NCBI RefSeq assembly: GCF_000143415.4
Contig: NW_003314278.1
Location: 388,371-452,370 of the forward strand
Direction of reading: 5' to 3'
Origin: Selaginella moellendorffii
Taxonomy: Eukaryota > Plantae > Lycopodiophyta
DNA length: 64,000 nt
The stretch's first letter is position 1. Each line of letters begins with the position of its first letter. A program made the position numbers and the translations under genes. Under the pieces are notes generated by a model. The model made no database searches and was not told where the DNA came from. It saw only the letters and a list, made by a program, of their open reading frames with translations. This document shows positions 25,463-37,778 of this stretch, one piece after another.

Positions 25463-26170
25463 CAAGGAGTTAACTTGTCAGCTGAATGAGTTTTAATAAC
25501 GTTGTATGAAAGCCCTTAGTGAACTTCTATTTGCACCAAGGGCTTTCATACACGCGGCAGCGCTCATTGCAATGGTGTATGGTAAAGGCGGTCTTTGATT
25601 CCACCGCGATCCTTCTTCGCAAGCTTGTGATGACTTGAACGGGCATTTGGAGGAGGCCAAAAGACACGCTCCAAGGTCATCTGGAAGATGCAAAACGCAT
25701 CTTTGACTGTACATCTAGTTTCAAGGACACAATCATGGCGTATGGAAGAGACATAAGGCGAAATAAACATCTGAGGAGATCTCTTCGAACAGCATTTTAT
25801 TCAAGCACTTGCCGGAAACTCCAGAAGAGACTTTGAAAGAAGGCTTAGGGGCGGTTCAAAGAAGAATTCGTCGAGATAGCCCAACTCGGTGCCCCATCTT
25901 TTTCCTGTGGGGCGAGATCTTTCAATGGCTTTGACGGACCATGTCGATGTCCACCTTTTTCAAGGGCCTCTGCTATTGACAATGTTAGCCTACAATTGCA
26001 GACCTGAAATTAGACACGAGAGGATTGACCATCCAATCTATGGAAACAGACGTGTGGAGGCAAAGGTGTTAGCTTGCAATATAAAACTCTTTAGGCTCCT
26101 GGGGATATTAAATTTTTCTTCAACGCTTCCCTGGATCCACAAACTTAAACAAGAAGGCAAAGTTTTTGCA

Positions 26171-27046
26171 ATGTCAAAGGTTTTGCTCAGCAGCTTTCAA
26201 CGCACTGGCGGTGGAAGCCTCCAGTTATTTGGAGGCACTTATCTCAAGAGCAACGCACAGCCGAATCGGTTTCGGAAAGGTAAGTTCATCAAACTAGCTT
26301 CGCACTAAAACTGGCCTGCTATATTAATTATGCAGTTAGCTCCTGTGCTTCAAAGCCAGCTGAGGCTCTAGTAAGTCGAAGCACCATCGTTACAAGATTG
26401 ATTGGAGCTGATTTCTTCCTACTTGTTCACAGGAGAAGCGGGAAAAGGAGAAGCAGCAGCCATATCAAGGCATTCTCCACGTCCAGGCTGGCAATCGAAT
26501 TGAGGAGCTTGATCACAGAGAAACGTCGCTGCTGGTCAAGGAAGTGAAGGGATGGCTGATGAAACTCGCGAGTGGCAAGGGGGAAATCAGTCCTTCGACT
26601 TACGACACCGCCTGGGTCGCCCGAATCCCGTCCGACTCCGACTCCTCTCTTCCCGAGTTCCCGGAGGCTCTGGAGTGGATCATACACAGTCAACTTCCGG
26701 ATGGATCATGGGGTGATGACTGTCACTTGCAACTCTATGACAGAGTTTTATCCACGCTCTCTTGCCTGGTCACGCTCAAGCTCTGGGACATCGGGCACAA
26801 CAGCATTGCGCAAGGCATGCCTCTTTTCTGATCTTCTGGTGATATCCTGGACTGTTTTCCGACTCTGATTCTTCACAGGCACGAACTTTTTGCGTGAGAA
26901 AAGCATGACGACGGAGATTTCTTGTCAGGTTTCGAGGTGACGTTCCCAATGATGCTCCACGAAGCAAAGCAGGTGGGCCTTAAGCTTCCGTATGACACAG
27001 AGTTCACAAGGTTGCTTGAGATCTCCACCACGGAGAAATTGGCAAA
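26171..27046 (+). pseudogene. Diterpene synthase (miltiradiene-synthase-like) 5' half, exons 1-4
   Basis: Transit peptide MSKVLLSSFQ; ISPSTYDTAWVA; SQLPDGSWG; LSGFEVTFPMML. It ends at TEKLA-K with a GC-type donor GCGAGT at 27047. There is a frameshifting deletion near 26900. Confidence 0.9.
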
Positions 27047-27052
27047 GCGAGT

Positions 27053-27212
27053 GGAGAAGAATCCAGTACCGTGGATCCTCGCATTTGCGAGAATGGGCAT
27101 TTTGACAAGGCCGTTCATGCAAGACCATTGTCTGCTGGATAGTTTCAACTTGAGCGCTGCCAGGAGCATGTTTGAGAGCATGAAGATGCGCACCTTGGTT
27201 TCCTGGACCACC
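27053..27212 (+). pseudogene. PPR (PLS-class) gene fragment
   Basis: EKNPVPW...ARSMFESMKMRTLVSWTT is a typical PPR motif junction. Confidence 0.65.
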
Positions 27213-27217
27213 AACGC

Positions 27218-27990
27218 TCAAAACGCTTGAAGGACAAAATCAGGAGTTAGAACCATACTCAGGTGCTTCAATCCCTTTCGAAAGCTTCCACAGTCAGACC
27301 GTTTGCTTCTACATCCCAAAGAAACCAGGGGATACATTTCAGCAGCATTCACTCTCTGCGTTATCTCTTTGGCTTCTTCCGATCCACTCTCGTAGTCTGT
27401 CATGCGTTTCCTCCAAGAAGACACAAGAGCATCGTACTCGTGCTTTTCCCACGCAGGCAGATAGCGAGTGAACGTTGTCCGCTTGGCTTTTCTGACATTG
27501 AACTCGTCTGGTGATGAAGCAGCAACAAGGGTTTTATTTCCAACCATCCGCCCCAAGTCCACTCACTGATCGATGAGATGGTATCTACTTTGCTGTCCAG
27601 CACAATCTCCTGAGGGAAGTCTTCTCTATTCACCACCCTGAGCTTGTTACCCTTGAACATCAAAACAGTCGCTCTGGACTTGTAGATCATGACCGGAAGT
27701 ACCAGACGAATGCAGATTTACCAACCCCCGAATTTCCATTCAAATGGCAGCACAACATCCACATGAACGGCACCAGGATCTTCCTGATCTCTTTGTACAA
27801 CCCATCCAATATCTCCTTCACATACAGCTTCAGAATATTGCTGTGGAATGTGGTCAGACGAGCACCTTGAGCAAGAAATTTCATCTGTTCCAGATGGAAC
27901 ATTGATCCACCATGCCTGCTGAGATCTCCTAACATAGGCTGCATGTTCCCACAGGAGGCAAAGCATATTATTGTACGTTTTAATTGAAAA
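27218..27990 (-). pseudogene. Crinkler/RHS-type P-loop NTPase fragment, frameshifted
   Basis: LYVKEILDGLYKEI...LNGNSGVGKSAFVWYF...TLVAASSPD...RYLPAWEKHE follows the CR-NTPase pattern. The segment is spread over three frames. Confidence 0.55.
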
Positions 27991-28604
27991 GCATTTAGCT
28001 CAATGAGCTGCACAACTCCTTAAAATGGACATTCCAACAATGGCCTAATCTTCATTATTGAGCTTAGTCCTGGGTTCATTTTAAAAGATTGTAACCGAGC
28101 TTAGTCTTTGTACTGTGGGTTCCTTGTAAAAGATTGTAATTAGAAGCTCTATTAGCTAAAAGAGTGATGGAATCACAAGGAATCCAATCACGGTGGCATT
28201 CTTCAGGCCACTTTAGCACACGACAATGACATCCTCAATGTTAACAATCCACCTTGCGTGTACTAGTGCTCCACGATTGGGCAAGTCTCTGCATAGGTTC
28301 ATCATTTGGCGAGGAGCCCCACGTAGCTACATGTTATAACTTATGCTCTAGCATTCTTGAGGCCAATTTCGTCCTACTAGATGGTACATCCTGACAAAGA
28401 ACTTTTCTGATTTCAGAAGTGAATGTGATCTAGTCGGGAGCCATTCCTTCCAAGACCATCTCCTGGTAGAGGATCAAATTAAAGCGTGGAAGAAATTCCC
28501 AGTGAGAGCGTAGGCCTAGCAGTCCATGCGACAATGTTGTGGCACTCGGGCATTTGATCGAACATTGCCCGTGCCATGTGTGTGTCGTTTTGAGTGTAGA
28601 ACTC

Positions 28605-29450
28605 ATGCTTTTCCACGGTATGTATGGTTCTTCTCGTGCTCATTTTGCTTATACTATTGTCCAGATTGCTTCATTCCTCATAGATGTATTTTCCAAGATA
28701 AATGGAGGCCTGTAGTTCATCAACATCCAAGGCGTGGAGTGACCACAATGCAACTTGTGATGAGACGAGTTTGTGACCTCTGTATTATGCCTTCTGCTCT
28801 TTGGAAACTTTTGAGACAGCTTGCTCTCAGCTAATTGAGTTTAAGCTCGGTCAAGGCTTTCACAAGATTGGACAATAGTGTGAAAGACAAATGCCAAAAC
28901 CGTGTGTTTGAGGACAAGCTTAACTAGCTAGTTGCACCAAGATCACCACCAATTCCATGAGGTGTGACTTGTTTATGTTGAATCTAGGATTTTCCTCGAG
29001 AGCTTCCCTGGTTTATTGGATGTCTGGTGCAACCCTGGAGTTTTTTTTGCAGGTGAGTAAGCTTTCACGGTTTCAGAGCAATATATTATTGCCAAGAAAA
29101 GGCATCAAAAGTTGGAGCGCCCCGAGGATTTGAAAGGATCGAAACCTATGGACCTCCAAGCTTTGACAACCAAGTGAAGAATAGATGGGACCAGGGTGCC
29201 TGGATCAAATCAAACTCGAGCTCAGACAAGCCATCTTCCACGACAATACCTTAAACGGCTGTTGCTGGTTCTTGTTGCAGCATACTTATGCTTTGTTTCT
29301 CAAAAGTAGCCTTTGCATCAGCTGCTTGTCAGATTGAGACGAAGAGTCCACCCATTTTGTTTGCCATGGCCTCGCCAGAGCATGGAGCAAGTGAGAGTTT
29401 CATTCCATCGAGAAGAGAATGGTTTCTTTCTTCAGCTTGACTGCAGCAAA
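28605..29450. repeat. Dispersed repeat of an unidentified gene-like segment (other copies ~30590-30860, 31870-32615, 53975-54722)
   Basis: Shared blocks such as GCCTGGATCAAATCAAACTCGAGCTCAGACAAGCCATCTTCC and CAACATCCAAGGCGTGGAGTGACCAC. Confidence 0.8.
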
Positions 29451-29809
29451 TTTTTCTAGACATGCAAAACAACAGAAATCTTATAAAACCCACCTTGCAT
29501 ATGTCTCATGAATAAGTTCGGACTTTTCAGGAGTATGGCCTCAAGCTCCTCTTTGTTTATAAATTGCTTATAAATGTAAATGCAAATGCTCTTGTGCAGG
29601 AAGCTTATGAATACTTCTTATGAAAAGCACCTCAACTCTTGTATCCATTTCCGTGGCTCGATTTTGGTAGCATCTGTAACGTTATGCGGCTGTAGAGTGG
29701 CTGTTGCCTGATGCATTCTTGAAACACTTTGCTCTCTTTAACAGAAGAAACAGTCTGTTGTAACACACAAAGCTTAGACATTTTTCACCCCAAAAGGAAA
29801 GAAATATAC

Positions 29810-30125
29810 CTTGAGGTATAGCCTGAAGCCGTGTCCCACAACTTGACGCCCAAGGAAGTTAATCACCCATGTCAGAACAAGGTCGAGCTTAAGGTCCAGG
29901 TGTATTACTGCTCTGTAAAAGAAGTAGTGACTATCTTAAGAAGAAGAAGAAAAAAAAAAAAAAACTAATAGCGTACCTTATGTAGCATTTCTTGTCGCTA
30001 ATCTTCTGGAGGATGAATCCACCGTTGGCTTCCATGCGAATGACGCCCTCTTTTGGAGGAGGCAAATGAGAAGCATTAAAACCATGGATGGTCTCCTTGA
30101 TGATAGTCTCTGCTTCCTGGGGGAC
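29810..30125 (-). pseudogene. START-like lipid-binding domain gene fragment (2 exons)
   Basis: IHGFNASHLPPPKEGVIRMEANGGFILQKISDKKCYIR|AVIHLDLKLDLVLTWVINFLGRQVVGHGFRLYLK resembles plant START-like proteins. No upstream exons are recognisable. Confidence 0.6.
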
Positions 30126-31149
30126 CTGGCAAATCACCACCATTGGAGTGAATAAAATAACAAAAGAGGTGATAGCTGAACTGTTCGCAAGCAGCCAACC
30201 ACGGCATCCAATTCAGGTAGCTCCAGTTCGAAAGACGTGACCAGCATTTCTCTTGTCGCAAACGGCCATGGAACCTTGCACCTGGCAAGAGCTTGTAGAA
30301 TTTAAACGCGGGACGGAGGAGCTGCTACACTACCACCAGCGTTGTGGCTTTTGGATTGATCAGCAGGGCACAAGGGATATACGTTGCAGTGAAAGCATTG
30401 CTTTCCCACAGTTCATCTTTCGCCCTTTTTGCTCTAAATACTCTTGTGAAGGACAGCCACCTTTTTATTTTCCATGCATTGCCCCCTCTTCTTCACACAG
30501 GGTGTGACTTGAAATTTCATGGATTTTTTCAAATGTTTGGTCTTGTTGCTGCTAGGAACAAGCATCAAACTTGGATAGAACACGACAAGAAAGCCCCTTG
30601 ATGAAATCTCAAGCTCCCCAGGATTTGAAAGAACAGAGAAGTACCTCCAGCCTTGGACTCTTAACTTTGCTGCTAATCAAGAGCGTGCCTGGATCAATTT
30701 AATCTTCAATGCTCAAACAAGCCATCTTCGGACATTCAGTCGTTGGATGCAGCAAACCTTGTTTCTCAAAAGAAGAAAAGGTAGGTTATCCCAGGGATTC
30801 AGTGGTGAAATCTTCATTCCATAATGGTTTCTTTCTTGAGCTTGACAACCGCAGAAAGGATGACAGCCTTATAAAACGTTCCCACGGGTTTAGAAAGGAT
30901 GCTTAGAAATGAGCGAGAGCTTGCGCCGTTATGGTGAAGGTATGATATACGTTAAGAAGCAATTAGTGTCCGATTTGGATGGGAACCTGATGGCCGGATA
31001 TCTGGCTAGAATAAACAAATATATTGGCAAGGTCACAGGTTCGAATCCACAGCCAGCGACCCAATCAAAAAAATTTGCAACGCTTCTCCCTCCTTTGCAT
31101 CTTGCAAGCTACTGTGATCAGAGCGAGCTCTTCTGCCTGCAGTCATCTC

Positions 31150-31265
31150 GGGATGAGAACTACTTGTCGTCCATAGCCCAAGACTACAGCATGTCCACGA
31201 TCATGGAACACTTAAGATGCTTGGTGGATCTCCTGGGGAGATCTGGGAAGCTAGACGAGGCCAGT
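31150..31265 (+). pseudogene. PPR (PLS/E-class) fragment
   Basis: SIAQDYSMSTIMEHLRCLVDLLGRSGKLDEA. Confidence 0.7.
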
Positions 31266-31606
31266 GTCGAGCCAAATTTCAGCGCTGGAGAATGAAAGAG
31301 TGGGGAAAAGTCCGATGCTAGTGCAGCTCCAACCACTCTTCTCAATCCCTGTCGATTACACTCGAAGGAATGTCCCTGAATGAGGCTCGAATCATTGATA
31401 GCTGCCAAGAGAAATAACTGGATGCTCGAAAAAGAGTAACAAGGGCAAATGCCGCGATCGCAATCTTCCACGAGAGAGAACCTCGATCTTTCATCTTCTG
31501 GAAGATTTCCAGCACCCGCACTTTCCATACATTTCTATGACCAGATTAGCAAGGAACCTCGAGGCCGCTGGAGACGATTTTCCTCGTGGATGCGCCTTCC
31601 CCCTCC

Positions 31607-34071
31607 CAGATCTGTGCTCACCGCATTCTCGCCCAGGCGCCCACCGCTGGAGATCGCTCCTCCTTGCTGCAAATCTTCGCTGGATGGCACCTCCTCGTCA
31701 AGGCTCAAGAACGATGCCATGGAAAACCACCGCCATTGCCATTATACGCTACTGCTGCACATTTTCGATCCAGGGGGCTCTTTACCCGGGCGGTCTGCTG
31801 CTGCCGGGCGTGCTCTACAAGTCGAGCAGCATGGTCTTTCTTCTCAGTCTCAGACATCTTCAAACTAGGCTCACAAGCACAAGCACTGCTTTTCCGCGGT
31901 ATGTATGGTTCTTCTCGTGCTCATTTTGCTTATACTCTTGCCAGTCCAGATCACTTCATTCCTCATCTTCGCCACCCTTTGGCCTCGAGCATTTTCCAAG
32001 ATAAAATAGAGGCCTGTAGTTCATCAACATCCAAGGCGTGGAGTGACCACAACGCAACTTGTGATGAGATGAGTTGGTGACCTGGTATACTTTTTTGTGT
32101 TATGCCATCTGCTCTTTGGAAACTTTTGAGAAAGCTTGCTCTCAGCCGATTGAGTTTGAGCTTGGTCAAGGCTCTCACAGGTTTATTGGATCTCTGGTGC
32201 AACCCTGGAGTTTTGTTTGCGGGTGAGTAAGCTTTCACGGTTTCAGAGCAATATATTATATTATTGCCAAGAAAAGGCATCAAAACTTGGAGCTCCAGAG
32301 TCTCACGCCCCGAGGATTTGAAAGGATCCAAACCTATGGACCTCCAGCTTGGACAACCAAGTGAAGAATAGATTCCCGGGACCATGGTGCCTGGATCAAA
32401 TCAAACTCGAGCTCAGACAAGCCATCTTCCAGAACAATATCTCAAACGGATACTTTGTTTCTCAAAAATAGCTTCTGCATCAGCTGCTTGCTCAGATTGA
32501 GATGCAGAGTCCATCCAACCCGTTTTGTTTGCCATGGCCTCGCCAGAGCATGGAGAAAGTGAGAGTTTCATTCCATCGAGAAGAGAATGGTTTCTTTCTT
32601 GAGCTTGACAGCAGCAACGCGCTGCACGCCATGCGCCCACAAAACGAAAATCTGTTGCGCCGCTGTTTACATTATGGTATACGTTAAGAAGCAATTAGTG
32701 TACACTTTGGACGGGATCCTGATGGCCGGATATCTGGCTAGAATAAAAAAATATATTGGCAAGGTCACAGGTTCGAACCCACAGCCAGAGACCCAATCAA
32801 TTTTTTTTGTATGAACGAGGGATTTCTCTTCTCCGCAAAGTCGCGGAGCTAAATCTTCTCTCGTGCCGATCCCCCAGGCGCGACGCCACGAATGATCCAC
32901 GCCGCCGCGCCGGGTTCAGGCTCTTGGATCGCGCGATATTCTTGGATTTCGCTGGCAAATGCGAGCAGCAGGAACAGGGCATTCGATCGATGCGGCGTCA
33001 GTCTTGTTCGATTAGGAGTTCCGTGAACGTCTCCTGGAACGCGATGATCACCGCGTATGTGGCGGCATCCCGCATCCGAGAAGAAATCTTTGATTTCATG
33101 CCGGATGAAGACGGTATTGATTCGGCCAGTAGCTGCTCTCCAGGATCCGCGCGTGGATCCTCTGGCCTCGCAGCCCCTGGATGTCGTCCACGTGGGCAGT
33201 CAGATGGATTCCAAATCTTAAATCCAATAAGAGGAGTTGAAACAATATTTTGTTATCTCCCAGTGTTCATGGCTTTGTGGTTATAGCATGCATGCTGTAA
33301 TGTTCTATTGTGAAGGGTTGCTGGGTTCGATTCCCATCCATCTCGACTTTCAATTAAGAATAATACGGTGTTAGGGTCGCAAACAGATTGACTATCTCCA
33401 ATGTAGTCATGCAATCAAATTTTGTGGAAGGGAAGATATATATTTGATTTGTGCTGTTTGGGAAGGGAAGATATATATTTGATTTACACACAAACAGCAC
33501 AAACATGCCATTGAGCTTACCAATTCGATCATATATACCAGTTGTCACTTCAGCATAATCTATCAATCACACATAATGTTGTGCCATTGAATTCTCAATG
33601 GCCCTGCCAGCATATGCAAGCCTTCCTCACCATTTGAACAAGAAAGATGCTAGACAACAAGCTAGAAATAGTGAATGAGAATGAACTTTTAAACGCAGTT
33701 TATATTAGTGGTAACTACAAACAAATAAAAGGTTAAGAGCGATACATCACAGCCGTTGGATTAAAGGATATCTTAGAATATACCATCCAAACCGTTAGAT
33801 TTTAGTGCAGAGACTCGGGTATTCGTCTTCCTCTGTGCAGCGGAAAGCTGCCATCTCTCGATGTTTGGGTGGCTTGAATCCCTCGGAGCTCTCCATCCGG
33901 TTGCATCGGGTATTCGTCTTCCTCTATGCAGCGGAAAGCTGCCATCTCTCGATGTTTGGGTGGCTTGAATCCCTCGGAGCTCTCCATCCGGTTGCACCCA
34001 GACAAAGGTGACGTTTTCCATCCCCTCTCTCTCAACTACACAACGGGCCTGTCGTGCCAGACTTGGGACGA
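31607..34071 (+). repeat. ~2.4-kb direct duplication, copy A (includes the PPR fragment VSWNAMITAY)
   Basis: Near-identical to 53850-56156; the ORF translations recur almost verbatim. It ends at GACTTGGGACGA where LTR sequence begins. Confidence 0.92.
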
Positions 34072-35443
34072 CTCACGAGCCCAAGCGAAAACTCGTGCAA
34101 ACGGAACATCTCAATCCATCTTATGAGCCCAAGAGCAAGCTCATATAATACGGTACAAAACGGTAACCAAATCCATACCCAAGGAACGATTGCGAAGTCT
34201 TAGCACCCAAACGTGTACCCACTCGAATCATCGTTTTCATCTCTGCGTATGCAATGAGACTAGTTGCCCAATCTCATTGGATAGTATCGCTGAGACGTAT
34301 CCTCTGATACCAAATGTAGCGCACGTGGTTTTGACCCTTTATCCTATGGTGATTTACCATAGGATAACACCACAAGTGGAACCTAGACCCTCTTTGTGCC
34401 ACATGACAGATGCCACGTGTCACATGCCACGTGTCTATAGGAACCCGAGGTTCAGGGCCTTGGGCCACTGAACGAAGGAACGGTGCCAAACTCCTAAGCA
34501 TGGGGCCAAGGAGTGACAGAACCGATCCACGGAGCAACTCCCGAGCGTAAAGCCTAAAGAGCGAAGGGACAGGAGCCCAGAGCGACTTGGAACAGTCCTA
34601 GAGTGACCAACATCCTAATGCCAGGACCAGCACGCAAAACGGGGCCAAACCGAGTCTGGCGCTATTTCAGCATACCGGTGGCCTAACACGAAGACATGGG
34701 TACTCCACCAACTAGCATGGTGTGGAGCTTGGGCTTAGACCCAAGCCGGACGCAGAATAAGGACAGGCATGCAAGCGGGAGCTAGATTATGCCTCAGGTT
34801 GGTTGGCCATGCCCGACCTACCCACTATCCCTACTATACATTTGGAACCCCCCCCCCTTCCCCTTGAGGAACACATGCTTTGGGCTTTCACCCCAAGCTT
34901 ACCCTTAGTACCAGGAGTTAGTTTCTGGGACAAGCTTGAAACTTACTAAATATAGAATGGCGCTAGATTGCGAATTTGGACATGGGACAAACACCATTGT
35001 GTTCAGGTCAATCTCTACATTTCATAGATATGCCAAATGAGCAAATCTGGACACTTTCCATAAATAGCATTTGGGACCGAAATGAGACTAACACAAAGGG
35101 CATGATAGCGAGGGTGTTTGGCAGACACGGTAAGCTATCATCCAGCGATATTGAGGGACTAATCTCAATATGCGAGGGTTCTTGTCAAGCCAGTGCAAGA
35201 CAGAGCAAAAGAGAACTAAAAAGCCAGGTTAAGTATGCTTGGCTGAATAGACACTTAGGAATTCCGTCCTTATGCTCATCCGGCCAAGTACAGATGCAAA
35301 GTCCAGTTTACTAACACTTGAACAAGAGGGGCTGACAAAGGGTCCAGGAATACCGACCTCCTACCATCGTGGCAGTAAGGAAAGAGTGTCCGTAAGGACT
35401 GGTCGACAGGTAACTTTCAATACCCGAAGTCACATTCGCGACA
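34072..35443 (-). mobile_element. Gypsy-family LTR (truncated)
   Basis: Begins TGTCGCGAATGTG on the minus strand. Homologous to 44500-45283, which follows a polypurine tract. Confidence 0.8.
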
Positions 35444-37160
35444 CTACCTTTAGATCCTGGGCCTCCACCCTAGATCATTCTCCTCGGGCATTCACCAGTA
35501 CCACAAGATTCCTACTTTGTCTATGCAGGGCTACCATGAACCAATTGAACTAATCCATCCCAAAGATTACGTTAAATCCCGCCATGTCCAACACGGTGAA
35601 ATCCATATCTACTTTCCATGTCCCTATTTCGACTCTTGCTTATCAAAGTACCTTATCGATGCTTTGGCTACCTTGAATAAACTCTATAGTCCTTGGTTCA
35701 CTCAGCCGTTGCACCGTTAGTTCGGCTTGCTAGACTATGTCTGCAGCCACAAAATTATCCAAAGCACCCGTGTCAATAAGGATCTTAACAAAGCTACCTC
35801 TGATCTTCCCTTGGAGGGCTAGTAGATATCACAAATGACTCTCTACCAAAGTTGCTCGTGTAATGAGTAACTTTGAGTTAGGGATTGCATCACGTGTCTC
35901 AGTTTAGATTTCATCCAACTTAATGGCCATATTAGCTCTGGCCTTCTTCAGGTGGGGACATTCCCTCAAAAAGTGTCCTGCTTCACCGCAGTTGAAGCAT
36001 ATGTTATTTCTCACACTATTAGTAGACTTGACTTTTTTATCAATAGGTTTGTCCCTTTTCGCTTGACTCCCCCACGTACTTACTCGTTGGCCACCGGATC
36101 TGCCTTTCCAGAACCACGAGGACTCATTTTTAGAGAAACTCTTCTTGAATTTCCCTTTGCCATATGTCCCCCTTGGTTTGGCTCCTTTGCTAAACATGGA
36201 CCCCGGCCCCATCGTGTTCCCCTTTTGCAAGTTATCATTGAAATGCACCTTCATAGTTGCATCCAACACTTCCTTGTAGTTGGTCGGGTTCTAACGCATC
36301 ACCTCATTGCGAACCTAGGTTTGCAAGCCTGATATAAAGGCATGGAATGCATTCCATATCACCCATGTCTGTGACAAGTATCCTCTTTGCCATAAATGCA
36401 TTCACATACTCTTGAATGGTTCCGGTCTGCTTCAGCCTACTCAGCTCATCCCTTAAGTGTAGAGTAGCATTCAGAGGAACATAGGTTGCATGGATCCTCG
36501 CATTCATCATTTCCCAAGTGGCCACCAGTCCTTCATTAGCCTCTGTTGTTCTCCACCAAGATATAACATTATTTGCCAAGTATGGTTTTGCACATGGGAC
36601 CTTCTCCGAGCTCGGTAATTGCAACGCTCGAAAGTAATCCTCCATATCGTAAAACCAATCTTCCACCACCTTATAGTCATTCACTCCCTTGAAGACTGGT
36701 GGGGGCTTTGGTTTGTATTTGGGAACTTCTTGAGGGACTGATTCCACTTCGGTTTGTTCAACCTTGTTCGGTTCCCCCTCAGTCCCTGCCGAAGGTTCCA
36801 CACCTTTTGCATTGCCAACATCTACAGTTTTTCGCTTTTTCTTCCGCTTCTCATCACGCTTTAGCTTGTGTACGAGAGTCTCTAGCAGGGCATTGGTCTA
36901 AGTTAATTGTCCTTTTAAAACGTCCAATCAAGCCTTGGATGACTGAACCTCACCACTGGACTCATGTTTGGAAGTTTCCTCACTAGAGTCCTTATGCAAG
37001 GATTCTTCATCTATAGCTTCTTGTTGAACTAGAGGCTCCAGCTTTGGAAGAGGTTCCATCTCCACCTTGGTTCGTTTATGCCCTGCTTTTGCCATCTCCC
37101 AGCAATCCACCTCTATCCTTCGGTAGAATTGAGGAAAAGGTTTCGATACCAAATTGTACA
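35444..37160 (-). mobile_element. Ty3/gypsy internal region: PBS, gag, zinc knuckle, aspartic protease (degenerate)
   Basis: PBS TGGTATCGAAA at 37151-37141; gag (VEDWFYDMEDYF...LKQTGTIQEY); CFNCGEAGHFLREC; ILIDTGA. Confidence 0.9.
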
Positions 37161-37778
37161 GTCTCTAGTGGTCAAGTTAGATTAATGGTGTAGCAGTTGG
37201 GAGAACCAAGGAATATAAAGTTTGTTCAAGGTAGCCAAAGCACCGATAAGGTACTTTAACAAATAAAAGTTAAAGTAGGGACATAGAAAGTGGATATGAA
37301 TTTCACCATTTTGGACATAAAAAAATTTAACGTGATCTTTGGGATGGATTGGTTCAATTAGTTTGTGGTAGCTTTACACGAACAAGGTTAAAACTTAGTG
37401 GTATTAACAAATACCCAAAGAGAATGATCTAAAGTGGAAGCCTAGGACCTAAAGGCAAGGCAATGTAAGGCTAAAAACTCTTACTTGAACCTGGTGTCCA
37501 TGAGAGGACAACTCACTAAAGGAACCAAAACAATATTTTTGTGCTTACTCTCAATGGGGAGTGACAAAAAGATGGAAACAAAGGAAGTGTCTTTAGTGAT
37601 TTAGTAGGTGTTAAACCAATTTTGAAATACCATGTTAAAGGAGTTATTAATGGGATTACCCCCTGCTTGACAAATAAAACATAAAATTGAGTTGGTCAAG
37701 GGTGTTAAGGCAGCGGTCAAAGAACTCAAATACTAACTTGAGGAGTTGATTAATAAAGGGTATATTAGTTTGAGAAAG

